This document shows, piece after piece, positions 9,898 to 20,100 of a stretch of 64,000 bases of DNA; within the stretch, counting starts at the first letter, position 1; each line of letters opens with the position of its first letter. The notes beneath the pieces are model-generated. The model had not been told where the DNA came from and made no database searches. It was given only the letters and a program-made list of their open reading frames with translations. The stretch comes from Bacilli bacterium (GTDB taxonomy: Bacteria > Bacillota_I > Bacilli_A > RFN20 > CAG-826): NCBI GenBank assembly GCA_045597865.1, contig JAZLKX010000025.1, forward strand, positions 128,001 through 192,000, written 5' to 3'. Position numbers and translations under genes: made by a program.

Positions 9898-11169
9898 ATG
9901 AAAGGTAAAAAGATTCTTTCATTAGTTTCTCTCGCAATGGGTGTAGCCATTGTTGGAGGAACCTTTGCTGCTTGGGCTGTAACGGATAATGCAGATCCAT
10001 TTGGCATCAAAGTTTCGCCAGGATCAGTTGGTCCTGACACCACACAGTTTGTCACCTTATCATATGGTTCATCCACATTTGCTAATGTTGACAACCTCGA
10101 AGCTGGCGTTCCAAGAATTGCTGGTAGCGTTCTTTTAAAAGCCGACACTAACGATGGTACAGCTTTCCCTTATGCAGTGTTTGATATTGCTCTTCAAGAT
10201 CAATCAAACGGCAAGGAAGCCGGTGATGCAAAACTTGTTAACTTGTTAAATGTCGATGTCTACGATGTACAAGTTAAAGTTAATGCAAGTAACCAAGTTG
10301 TTGGCATGGATGACAATGCAGTTACTCCAATTGGACACATTCCAACTGAAGACGAAGAACTTGAAACAAGTATTGCAGTAACAATTCCTTCAGGAACAGG
10401 AAAAATGGTCTATGTTGTTGTCTCACTTGATGGTAATACAGACGCAAAAGTTCTTGAAGAAATTGCAAGTGATGTTGTTTATCTCCAAATGGATTTGAAC
10501 AAATCAGAAACAACACCAATCGCTTCAACATCAAAGATTTACTTTGCTTATGACTCTGGCAAGACAGTCAATGTTTATGCCTGGGGCGCAAAGAACAAGA
10601 ATGCTGATTGGCCAGGCGTTGCAATGCATGATGAAGGTAATGGCTATTACTCCTATGACTTAAAAGTTGACTTTGATCACGTCATCTTTACAGAACCAGG
10701 AGCAACAGAAGATGCTGATCCAGTTATGCAAACAGTCGACCTCGAAATTGGTGCTGACCAAAGAGGCGATACTCCTACATTCAAGCTCAATTTAGGTCCA
10801 GAAGAATCTGGCAAATGGGGTGGCTCATGGGCTGCTGCACCAGATCCAGAAATTGTTGTTGGCTACTATGTAGTTGGCGACAAGAAAGGCAACTGGAGTC
10901 CAGCAAAAGCTAACCTTATGACAGTCGAAGCAGGTAATGATAAACATTATTCTGTTGATTTAGCACTTGAAGCAGGCGAATTACTTAAGGTTACTAACCA
11001 AAACAAGACAGTTTGGTTTAGCTCAGTTTCAACCTGGGAAGATTGTGGATTCACAATCGATGCCTCAGGAAACATTGTTGTTACTACCGCAGGTAACTAC
11101 ACAGTCAATCTCTACACAGAAGGTGACGGTGGCAACTGCGTTACATTAACACCAAAAGCATCAGCTTAA
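9898..11169 (+). CDS. SipW-class signal-peptide surface protein with a CBM26-like starch-binding domain and a SusE/F-like C-terminal domain (candidate major fibre subunit)
   Basis: Signal ...IVGGTFA|AWAVTD resembles TasA/CalY GGTxAxF; VNVYAWG..NADWPGVAMHDEGNGYYSY..DHVIF (CBM26-like); YYVVGD..NWSP...ELLKV...GNYTVNL (SusE/F or X25-like); SD AAGGA. Confidence 0.7.
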   Translation: MKGKKILSLVSLAMGVAIVGGTFAAWAVTDNADPFGIKVSPGSVGPDTTQFVTLSYGSSTFANVDNLEAGVPRIAGSVLLKADTNDGTAFPYAVFDIALQDQSNGKEAGDAKLVNLLNVDVYDVQVKVNASNQVVGMDDNAVTPIGHIPTEDEELETSIAVTIPSGTGKMVYVVVSLDGNTDAKVLEEIASDVVYLQMDLNKSETTPIASTSKIYFAYDSGKTVNVYAWGAKNKNADWPGVAMHDEGNGYYSYDLKVDFDHVIFTEPGATEDADPVMQTVDLEIGADQRGDTPTFKLNLGPEESGKWGGSWAAAPDPEIVVGYYVVGDKKGNWSPAKANLMTVEAGNDKHYSVDLALEAGELLKVTNQNKTVWFSSVSTWEDCGFTIDASGNIVVTTAGNYTVNLYTEGDGGNCVTLTPKASA

Positions 11170-11182
11170 TTGCTTAAACTTT

Positions 11183-11207
11183 AGGGAGGGGATTTCCCCT
11201 CCCTTTT
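11183..11207 (+). terminator. Intra-operon hairpin/terminator after the first SipW substrate
   Basis: AGGGAGGGG-ATTT-CCCCTCCCTTTT, 10 nt before the next ATG. Confidence 0.7.
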
Positions 11208-11216
11208 CCCGTTATT

Positions 11217-12557
11217 ATGTCAATAAAGAATAAACAAAAGGTTAAAAAGATTTTAGATATTGCAGCTTTCGTTGCGTTCTTTTTGTTTTTCGTTTGTTCT
11301 TTACTTTGTTTAATTGCCAGATTTAATGGTGCAAGATTTTCACTTTTTGGAAATAGATATGATGTTGTTCTAACAAATTCAATGGCTGAAAAGAATCCAG
11401 AATATGCTGAATTTTTAAAAGATGATAACAATCAAATGAAAGCTTTTGATCTTGTTATTTCTAAAGAACTTCCTGCTCCAGAAGAAATTAAGGCTCATGA
11501 TGTTGTTATTTATACAGATAGATATGTTGGCACAAACATGCACAGAGTTGTTGATGTTGATATGAGCTACTATGAAAGAGTTGAATTTAATAATGCATCT
11601 CAAACTGAAATAAATGGTAAAACAGCAATTACTTTGAATGATGTTGCTTCTGGAATTACTACAAACGATATTAGTTTTAAGACTATGTCTTTCACTACAT
11701 ATTCCACTTTAGAAAATACTGACAATTTCAACATTTTCTCAGTTTCTCAACTTTACACACCAGAAATTACAAGAATTGAAGCTGAAAATGGTGGTTATTT
11801 TACTACTTATAAAATTTCAAAAAATACTGAAGCTCCTGGAGTTTTAAAAATTTCTCACAAAGCAATTTACGATTATTCTGCTGAGTTTATTACTGAACTC
11901 CATATTGATTCAAAAGCAGGCGCAATTGATGTAAGCATGATTGATTTACTTCCTTCAAATGAAGATTCTAATAATTTATTAGCAACATTTAATAAGCAAT
12001 TCATTTATGAGATTCGTGGTGATGCTTCCAATACATCAGATGGTTGGTATTCATATAATGAATTACAATCAATCGTTGTGAAAAACATGCCTGGTATGGG
12101 TTACCCAATTAGATTTATGGGTTCCATCTGGGGTGGCTTAATGTTTGGCCTATTAGGCTTATTGATTATTGTTGCAGACATTTTAATGAACAGACTTGAT
12201 AAAAAAGAAGCAGCTGAGACTGCAAAATCAACTACTGTTGATAATTCCAAAGAATTGAAAGAAGAATCTACTGAACAGCCTAAAGTTGATGAGCCTAAAG
12301 AAAACACTCAATCAGTAGAACAACCAAAAATTGAAGAATCAAAAGCTGAAGTAAAAGAAGAAAAACCAGCTGAAGAAAAACCAGCTGCCGAAAAGAAAGT
12401 TCCAGCAAAAAAGACTCCTGCTAAAAAAGCTAATGGACAATTTGCTTCTAAGGAAAGTTCAAAAGCTCCAGTAAAAAGCTCTAAAAATAGTTCTAGATGG
12501 ACAAAGGAAAATAATCCAACAGTAAATAAAAAACGTGCTGAAGGAGGGCAAAAATAA
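11217..12557 (+). CDS. sipW: SipW-type (S26B) signal peptidase I with an ~145-aa insertion and a charged C-terminal tail
   Basis: N-terminal TM; VVLTNSM (Ser55), DLVI, IKAHDVVIY, MHRVV (His109), IRGDASNTSD (res ~266-275), PGMGY, then a second TM; flanked by SipW-type substrates. Confidence 0.75.
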   Translation: MSIKNKQKVKKILDIAAFVAFFLFFVCSLLCLIARFNGARFSLFGNRYDVVLTNSMAEKNPEYAEFLKDDNNQMKAFDLVISKELPAPEEIKAHDVVIYTDRYVGTNMHRVVDVDMSYYERVEFNNASQTEINGKTAITLNDVASGITTNDISFKTMSFTTYSTLENTDNFNIFSVSQLYTPEITRIEAENGGYFTTYKISKNTEAPGVLKISHKAIYDYSAEFITELHIDSKAGAIDVSMIDLLPSNEDSNNLLATFNKQFIYEIRGDASNTSDGWYSYNELQSIVVKNMPGMGYPIRFMGSIWGGLMFGLLGLLIIVADILMNRLDKKEAAETAKSTTVDNSKELKEESTEQPKVDEPKENTQSVEQPKIEESKAEVKEEKPAEEKPAAEKKVPAKKTPAKKANGQFASKESSKAPVKSSKNSSRWTKENNPTVNKKRAEGGQK

Positions 12558-13495
12558 TGAGAAAAAGAATAGCTTTAATGTTAGTTTCTTCTGGCATTAT
12601 TTTTGCTAGTGCTTTTGGCGCTACTTCTGCAAGCTGGGCGGTTACTGATAATGCTGATGCGTTTGGTGTAAAAATTGGAATTAATGTCCCTACTATAAAA
12701 CATACAATTACTTATTACATTCCTGATATTTCGGATCAAACATTTAAAAATTACACAAGTGCTTCAATCTCTGTTGATGAAGGCACAAATTTGTATACCG
12801 CATTGAACGATTATACTGGTGAAGTTAATGGTTTTAACTTTGTTAATTGGCATGAATCTGCTCAACATTTAAGAACTGATGATACAACTCAAGACATTGT
12901 AGCAGACACTGCAACTGTTACTGGAGACATTACAGTTTACGGTAAATTTGTTAAATCTAATACTTTCTATTATTACGACACAACGCATCACTATGTAACT
13001 TCAACAACAAATGATGTAACAATTTCAACAAAAACCGCTTATGTGGGTGATTACATTTATTCTCTTGATGGTGTTGAAGGACATTCTAGAGATTTAATTA
13101 CTGATTCCGGTATTTATAAGCTCGAAAAAACTACTGATAATTGGAATATCTTAAGAAAGGTTTCTTTTGGGATTGATTCCGTTAGTTCTTGGTGGACAGG
13201 TAGTGGCGCCCATACTCATATATACTATGAAAATACTTCAGGTGCAGGTGCATTTAAAACGGAAGTAGCATTTAGCGGTAATAAAGCTACTTACTACTTT
13301 AATTATGATGTTAATAAGTTTGTTGTTTGTAGATCTCCATCAAGTTCTACAGATTGGAATCAATTTTGGAATCAAACAATTGATACAACTTTAAAAACAC
13401 AAAGTACCGGAAGTACTACATATAATAAAGAACACATAACTTTATACGTCCAAGATAGCAAAACAGATAATAAACAAAATATTAACTGGTGGTAA
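12557..13495 (+). CDS. Second SipW-class substrate (candidate minor or tip subunit) with a B-repeat-like domain and a Trp-rich carbohydrate-binding-like C-terminus
   Basis: Signal ...FGATSA|SWAVTDNADAFGVKI, nearly identical to the 9898 protein; GFNFVNW..VTGDITVYGKF; SWW..AHTHIYY..FVVCR..DWNQFWNQTID; TAATG overlap with sipW. Confidence 0.65.
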   Translation: MRKRIALMLVSSGIIFASAFGATSASWAVTDNADAFGVKIGINVPTIKHTITYYIPDISDQTFKNYTSASISVDEGTNLYTALNDYTGEVNGFNFVNWHESAQHLRTDDTTQDIVADTATVTGDITVYGKFVKSNTFYYYDTTHHYVTSTTNDVTISTKTAYVGDYIYSLDGVEGHSRDLITDSGIYKLEKTTDNWNILRKVSFGIDSVSSWWTGSGAHTHIYYENTSGAGAFKTEVAFSGNKATYYFNYDVNKFVVCRSPSSSTDWNQFWNQTIDTTLKTQSTGSTTYNKEHITLYVQDSKTDNKQNINWW

Positions 13496-13521
13496 AAAAA
13501 GGAACCTCAGGGTTCCTTTTT
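13496..13521. terminator. Bidirectional intrinsic terminator
   Basis: AAAAAGGAACC-TCAG-GGTTCCTTTTT. Confidence 0.8.
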
Positions 13522-14101
13522 AAATTCTAATTTTCTTAATTTTATAATCGCCACTAAGCGAGATAAATGCAAGTTTGTAATTGTCTTCAATAGTAATAGA
13601 AGCTGCATCTTCTATGTTGGTATCTTTAAGTGGAGTTCCATCAAATTTGAAAACTGCTTCTTTAATTGTCCAAAGTGAATAGAATGCATCTTTTTGATTT
13701 TGCGATTTTTGGAAAAGCTTTTCATCTTCTTCATTAAATACTAGCTTTCTAGAATCATAATTTACTTCTCTCATTTCTTGTATGTCAACACCAACTAATT
13801 TATCTGAAATTGCAACTGCTACAAAATCACCAGAATGAGAAAGCGAAAAATACAATGGGCACCCTTCTAAAAATGGTTTACCGTTTTCATCATATTTGAA
13901 TTCGAAATTACATGATTTTACACCTAGTTTTTTCAAAGATTTTATAAGTAAAAGATAAACTGCAGCAGAAAGTTTTTTAGCATGTTCATCTTGTAATTTA
14001 TTAACCTTATCTACTCTAATTTTAGGTAACGAAACAAGGGCTTTTTTAAGGTTAAATTTGTCAACTTTTGCGTAAAATATTTTTGTAAAATTTTCTTGCA
14101 T
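13520..14101 (-). CDS. Sfp-type 4'-phosphopantetheinyl transferase
   Basis: NGKP, FSLSHSG, VGVDIQ and WTIKEA motifs; ATG 14101 lies 6 nt after TATAAT. Confidence 0.88.
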   Translation of the reverse strand: MQENFTKIFYAKVDKFNLKKALVSLPKIRVDKVNKLQDEHAKKLSAAVYLLLIKSLKKLGVKSCNFEFKYDENGKPFLEGCPLYFSLSHSGDFVAVAISDKLVGVDIQEMREVNYDSRKLVFNEEDEKLFQKSQNQKDAFYSLWTIKEAVFKFDGTPLKDTNIEDAASITIEDNYKLAFISLSGDYKIKKIRI

Positions 14102-14232
14102 ATCTTTATTATAAAATAACAAAAAATAGTTTTCTATTTCTTTCTTGCGCGCTTATTAGTAAAATTAATATTGAATAAGATATAAAAATCCTATTCCCAT
14201 TCAAAAATTTGAAAGGAAAAAACTGAGAAAAT

Positions 14233-14466
14233 ATGTGCTTTTTTCACAAAAATCACCGAGAAATCCCTAATATTTCTTCAAAATTCCATGTTGGAGATTT
14301 TGTTGATTTTTGGCATAGAGATGATGTCTATTTTGGCATAGTAAGTAATGTTGAAAAAGTGAGTGAGAATAGCGTAACATATGATATAGATATTGCTGGA
14401 CAATGCCCAACAACATTTACTAAAATAACTGAAGAAAAAGTTATTAGAATTCATAAGGAAAATTAA
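14233..14466 (+). CDS. Small hypothetical protein, possibly SH3/KOW-like
   Basis: KFHVGDFV..YFGIV..V..TYDIDI beta pattern; SD-like AAGGA upstream; 1-nt gap to the next gene. Confidence 0.55.
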   Translation: MCFFHKNHREIPNISSKFHVGDFVDFWHRDDVYFGIVSNVEKVSENSVTYDIDIAGQCPTTFTKITEEKVIRIHKEN

Positions 14467-14467
14467 A

Positions 14468-14887
14468 ATGGAAAACAAGGTAAAAAAAGATCTTAAACAT
14501 TATTTAATTGCAGGTGCTATTGCCCTTGGTTTAGGCATTGGTTTTTTCTGTTTATTTTTCTTTGTTAGAGCTCCGCAAGTTGGATATGGTTTGCTTAACT
14601 GGCAAGACTCTACAATTATTGTTGGAATTATTTTAGTTTCTATTGGCGGTTTAATGGCCGTTGGTAGAGAGGGATTCTTCGATATTTTTGCTTATGGTTT
14701 TAAACAAATTGGTGGAGCTTTATTTTCTAAAAATCCACGTGCTTATAATGACTTTCCTGGATATAGAGAAGATAAGAAGACTCAACGCAAAGCCTCTCCT
14801 AAATTATTTATTTCTGTATTAATTATTGGAGCGGCATTTTTGCTAGCATCTCTTTGTATTTATCTTGCCTACGTTTGGGCGCTTTAA
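14468..14887 (+). CDS. DUF3899-like 3-TM membrane protein
   Basis: Three TM segments and a GFFDIFAYGFK motif. Confidence 0.6.
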   Translation: MENKVKKDLKHYLIAGAIALGLGIGFFCLFFFVRAPQVGYGLLNWQDSTIIVGIILVSIGGLMAVGREGFFDIFAYGFKQIGGALFSKNPRAYNDFPGYREDKKTQRKASPKLFISVLIIGAAFLLASLCIYLAYVWAL

Positions 14888-14907
14888 TTCAAAATAAAAA
14901 AAATTTG

Positions 14908-14941
14908 TTGACTTCCGCTCGCATATGCCTATAATATGCGT
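14908..14941 (+). promoter_or_regulatory. Sigma-A promoter sharing CGCTCGCATA with the SipW-operon promoter
   Basis: TTGACT (14908) -16- TATAAT (14930); CGCTCGCATA at 14916-14925. Confidence 0.55.
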
Positions 14942-14973
14942 AATTATTTTTTATGCGAAAGGAGGAAATTTGT

Positions 14974-16977
14974 ATGAAAAATAAGTTAATGGGCTTATTT
15001 GCTCTAGCATCATGCGTGATGCTTGCAGGTTGTGGCGAAAATCCAGGTCCTGGTCCAGATCCAGAACATCAACATTCCTTCTCAACTGAATGGAAATCTG
15101 ATGATTCAAAACACTGGCATGAATGTTCATGTGGTGAAAAAGCTGATGAAGCAGACCACGTAGACGAGGACAACAATGGAAAATGTGACGCTTGTGAACA
15201 CAGTGTCCCAAAGAAAGATCCTTTAATTGAAATCAAAGATTTACCAACTGATTTAGTTAATGGTGACGAAATTGATTTAGCAAATTACATCACAGTTAAA
15301 TATGGAAAAACTTCTTCATATTCAATTAACTTTGATGATGAATCATTTTCAATGATTACTCAATTAACTGATACAAAAATTAGAGTTGATCAATCTGGAA
15401 CAATTAAATTTACAGTTGATTATTCAGGAAAATCTCAAGAAGCTTCTCTTGTTGTCGGTTCTAAATTGGTCAAGGATTTTGTTACTGCAGTTAAAAATGC
15501 AGGATATGACTATGCCGAAATTTACCAAGATGACTATGATGACTATCACTGGGAAAACTATGGTGAAAAATTTATTATTGATAGCTTTTACACCGATGAA
15601 CCAGCTTATGGTTACTTGGAAGCTCCAGATGAGAAAGTATATTCTTATGAGTTAGATGATGAAGGTAATTTTACTTTTAGCATTACCGGAAATGAACCAG
15701 AATTTATTTCCGATTATTCAAAACCATTAGATCTTCCTCTCAGCGGATACGAAGTTTGTGTTGAAGGAACAGGTTCAAAGGCATTTGAATACTTAAGATT
15801 GGATGAAAATGATGAAGGAATTGTTAGAAATATTCTTCTTAATTTCTACAATATTAGTGAAGAATCACTCGATGCAGTATTAACTGAATACAATTTATCT
15901 ATTTCATCTTTCCAAGTAATTCCAGATGTCTTAGAAATTGAAGAAGGTGTTGAAATGGCAATTTACGACACATATGCATTTGTTATAGACAACGATCCAG
16001 AAAGTCAATACTTTGGTCAAGAACTTTGGCTTTCTAATACATGGCTTTCATTTGATTCCGATTTCTTCTTTAGAGATGAAGTTCAAGCTTATATTGATAG
16101 CGGTGAACAACCAACAAGTGCATTTGCTCTTGATGTCAAAGACATTGCAGCAGCAATTAATAAACACAATTATACAATTACATATGATTATGGTTGGTAT
16201 GATTGTTCAGTCAGTCCTGATGGAATGAGCTTAATTCGTGGTGAAAAACGCGATGATAACCCATTTGTTGATGGTTCTACAACTGGATATTACATTCACG
16301 ATTACTACAACGCTATTGGTAGTTTCAACGTTTACGTTGGAGAAGACAAAACATTCTCTGATGTTCCACATGAAAATGGTTATGGATTAATTAACCATGA
16401 TGTTGGTGAAGGCGTCTATGAAGGCTATGAATATAACGGAAATTCTACCGATGGTTATAAAGCATCAAAAGAATCAACTGGTTTTGATTTATATGATGAA
16501 GAAAACGACTTTTTGTATTACAACTATCAATTCTTAACTGGTGCCGAAATTGGTGAATGGCCATCAGTTTATGAAAGCTTATTTATCAACAATAAAGTTG
16601 ATAATGGAGATGGCAGCTTTACATTTGAATTAGGTGGTGCCTCAGCATTTGATCTCTTTGATTGCTTATTCTTAGAATCAGTTAACGATGGTGCTTATCC
16701 ACAAGGTGAAGAAGGAGAAAATCCTTCATTTGCATTATTCAACAGTTTAAATATTGTTGCTGAGTTTATTCTTGAACAAGGAATGGATATCTATTTTGAC
16801 TTAGAAATTACTGAGAAATATAGTGGTGAAGATCTCATTGGACTTACCTTTGATTTCTTCTGGTTTGACGCTCCTGAAGATTATTCTGAATATTATCAAT
16901 ATGTTATGAGCGCAGACATTGATTTCACACAATGTGATATGCCAGTATTTGATGTCAATTTCCCAGTCGCTGCATAA
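14974..16977 (+). CDS. Acidic lipoprotein with an N-terminal His/Cys module
   Basis: Lipobox LAGC; PGPGPDP linker; HQHSFSTEW..HWHECSCG..HVD..GKCDAC; SD AGGAGG. Confidence 0.8.
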   Translation: MKNKLMGLFALASCVMLAGCGENPGPGPDPEHQHSFSTEWKSDDSKHWHECSCGEKADEADHVDEDNNGKCDACEHSVPKKDPLIEIKDLPTDLVNGDEIDLANYITVKYGKTSSYSINFDDESFSMITQLTDTKIRVDQSGTIKFTVDYSGKSQEASLVVGSKLVKDFVTAVKNAGYDYAEIYQDDYDDYHWENYGEKFIIDSFYTDEPAYGYLEAPDEKVYSYELDDEGNFTFSITGNEPEFISDYSKPLDLPLSGYEVCVEGTGSKAFEYLRLDENDEGIVRNILLNFYNISEESLDAVLTEYNLSISSFQVIPDVLEIEEGVEMAIYDTYAFVIDNDPESQYFGQELWLSNTWLSFDSDFFFRDEVQAYIDSGEQPTSAFALDVKDIAAAINKHNYTITYDYGWYDCSVSPDGMSLIRGEKRDDNPFVDGSTTGYYIHDYYNAIGSFNVYVGEDKTFSDVPHENGYGLINHDVGEGVYEGYEYNGNSTDGYKASKESTGFDLYDEENDFLYYNYQFLTGAEIGEWPSVYESLFINNKVDNGDGSFTFELGGASAFDLFDCLFLESVNDGAYPQGEEGENPSFALFNSLNIVAEFILEQGMDIYFDLEITEKYSGEDLIGLTFDFFWFDAPEDYSEYYQYVMSADIDFTQCDMPVFDVNFPVAA

Positions 16978-17001
16978 GTAAGTATATTTGTAGACAAATA
17001 T

Positions 17002-17029
17002 AAGAGCACTTGCAAAAGTGCTCTTTTTT
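17002..17029 (+). terminator. Intrinsic terminator
   Basis: AAGAGCACTT-GCAA-AAGTGCTCTTTTTT. Confidence 0.8.
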
Positions 17030-17151
17030 GTTGTCATAATACCATCACTTTTCATAGAAAAAATAAATTATTATTTGCATTCCTACGTACATGAGTGTAT
17101 AATACCAAAGATTTTTCATAAGAAAAATAACTCAAAAAGGAGGAACAAGAT

Positions 17152-20100
17152 ATGCTAAAAGTTGGATTACTCTGCGGTGTAATTGCAGCCATGTCAGCAA
17201 CCGGTGTCAAAGCCAGTCTTGATGCTAGAGTTGAATCAAAGCCTTGCGATGCTAGATTCATTGTTGAACTCAAGGAAGACATCGAGAATTTAACTGCTGA
17301 TGAAGCAATCAAACAACAAGATTCTGTCATTAGAAAAATTAAAAGACAGATCAACTCAAACGTTGTCAAAGATCGTAACTTCACAATCTTAAATAACGCA
17401 TTTGTCATTAAAGCAAATAAGAGTGACAAAGAAGCAATCTTAGATATTCCAGGTGTTAAAGAGGTCACAGAAGATGGCCAACACGTTGTAAAACATACTG
17501 AAGGTTCTAATGGATTTACAATCTCAGTAAATGGTTCAGGAGATGGAGGATCAACAATTGATCTTTCACAAAACGCTTCTTCCATTACAATGAAAAAACC
17601 TGATAATACTAATGATGGTGAAGGTACATTAATTGCAGTCTTAGATAACGAATTCTATTTAAGAGCTGAACACAAAGAAAATGGTGTTACAGTACCATCC
17701 TATAGTCATGTGACATTCACTGACTTAGATAAAAGTGTTCATACTCGTATCCCTAACTTCACACAAATGAAGAAAAGGGCTGCTAATACTTATGCAATCA
17801 AAAAACAAATTAGTACTGCAGACCTTGGAGAAGAAGGATCCTTATACTTCAATAGAAAGGTTCCATTCTACTATGACTATGCTGGTGATTCCTACACAGG
17901 TTCATCAAGCGGTGCAGTAGAGGACTTCGATGTCGAATCAAAGATTGATTTACACGGTTCACACGTTGCATCTATTGCAGCAGGTAATGACCCAGATTAT
18001 AAAGGTATCGCTCCAAAGGCTCAGCTTGCATTAATGAAAGTCTTCACTGACGTTCATTCAACTCCAGCAAGTGATGCAGCAGGAAACGGAAAATACGGTT
18101 CATTCTCTGAAATTGGATTCATCACAGCTCTCGAAGATGCTATTGCATTAAAGGTTGACGCAATCAACGTATCAATTGGTAGTGACTTAGCAGACTTCGA
18201 ACAAGGTTCTATTTCTCAAAGAACACTTGATAAAATTGCAAAAGCCGGAATTCTTAGTGCAATTTCCGCTGGTAACGGTGGTAAATCATCCTATGCATTT
18301 ACAGGCGGTTACGCAAACTGGACACAGGATATGGTTGAAACAGGTGTCATGGGATCATTTGCAAATAATGCTTCCACAATGACAATCGCATCTGGACAAC
18401 CAGAGTGGACATTCTACGAAAACTCATTAAGAATCGGTGATCAAGTTGTTCCATATGAAGACCAAATCGTTAATCGTGATGGTGAAGCTGAGGATTATAC
18501 CGAAGAACACAGAATGCAACAACTCATTACTGAGAGCATTGATCCAGATTTAGAACCAACTCCAGAACAACAATTAAAAGAGATTGGTTACGTTTACGTA
18601 AAAGGATTTGGTGAAAAGAAAGACTACGATAAGAAAGACCTTTCTAATAAGGTTGCAATCGTAAACCGTGGTAAAACTTCTTTCGCTGAGAAATATGCTG
18701 CAGCAGAAGAAGCTGGCGCATCAGCCCTTCTTATCATCAATAACGACCCAACAGAAAACGACTTCACATTCAGATGTGACTTCGGTGATGAAAAAGGTTC
18801 AATTAATAAACCAGTTGCTCTTGTCTTATTTAAAGACAAACCATTCTTCGAGGCAAATCCTGAAGGCAAGTTCATGGTTAAGAAAAACACATCAAGTGTT
18901 AACAAACTCGCTAATACAATCAGTGATTTCTCAACTGAAGGTGCAACATATGATCTTGATTTAAAACCAGAAATCACAACACCAGGTTCAAATATTAAAG
19001 GTGCTGTCTGGCCACAAAACAAGAAAGAAAAATTACCAGAAAACAAATTTAAGTCATATGAGTACTTCAACGGTACATCAATGGCTGCACCAAACTACGA
19101 AGGTGCAATGGCAGTTGTTCTTTCCAAGGTCACTAAAGATTTAGTTGCAGATAACAGAGTTACTGACGAGGAAGAACAAGCAATTCTCGATTATAGAAAA
19201 ACTATTAATATGAGAATGATGTCAACAGCAATTCCAATGCATGACTACGAGAAAAATCAAGAAGATAATCAAAACACTCTCACTTCTCCACGTATGCAAG
19301 GTGCTGGTATGGTCAACCTCGACGGCGCATATAATACCGAAGTTTATGTAAAAGGTTCTGATACAAATAGACCAGACGAAGAACTTGATACATCTAAGAT
19401 CTTACTTAGAAACTCTGAAGGAATTGCCAAAGGCAATATCAAACTTAACTTCACAGTTGTTAATGAATCAAGCTCAGAAAAGTCATTTGCAATTAAATAT
19501 AACGTTATGAGACCAGCATTAGCTAAGTCTAATAAGGTCTTAACTGATGACTACGCTGCTCCAATTGAAGTAAGCGATGTTAGAAACTTTACTGGATGGG
19601 AATATTATGCTCCAGAAGAACATAAGGTTGTCGTCGCAGACGGTAAAGCAAACTACAAAGATGTCTTCAAAGTTGCAAAAGATATTGAATACTACGCAAC
19701 AGAAGCAGCTTACCTTGCAGAAACACCAGATGGTGTTATCAAAGAAGGCTTATACTACTGTGCTGATGAAAATCCTCAAGAAGGACAAAAAGTCAATTGG
19801 CAAATTTGTCCAGATTATGACTATCAATCAGTTAAGGATGTTCAAATTGCAGAAGTAAATGGACCAACAATTACTGTTCCAGCAAACGGTTCACTTAAAG
19901 TTTCACTTGATGAATTTGCAATCCCAGAAGATGCAAAGGCAAAAATTGAAGAATTATATGCAACTGGAACATTCATTGAAGGTTTCGTCTCATTAAAGGC
20001 TCAAGGAAGTTATCCAGACTTATCAGTCCCATATATGGGATTCTACTCATTAACTGATAAACACGCTGATTATGATTACTCAACTCCAGAAGTTGTAGAA

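Noticed and set aside
12230-12550. Short repeats (GAAGAAAAACCAGCT-like) in the sipW tail, and similar ones in nusA
   Set aside because: Low-complexity E/K/P/A coding linkers, not DNA repeat elements
13520-14101. PPTase as a sign of an NRPS/PKS cluster
   Set aside because: No carrier-protein, adenylation or ketosynthase genes in the window
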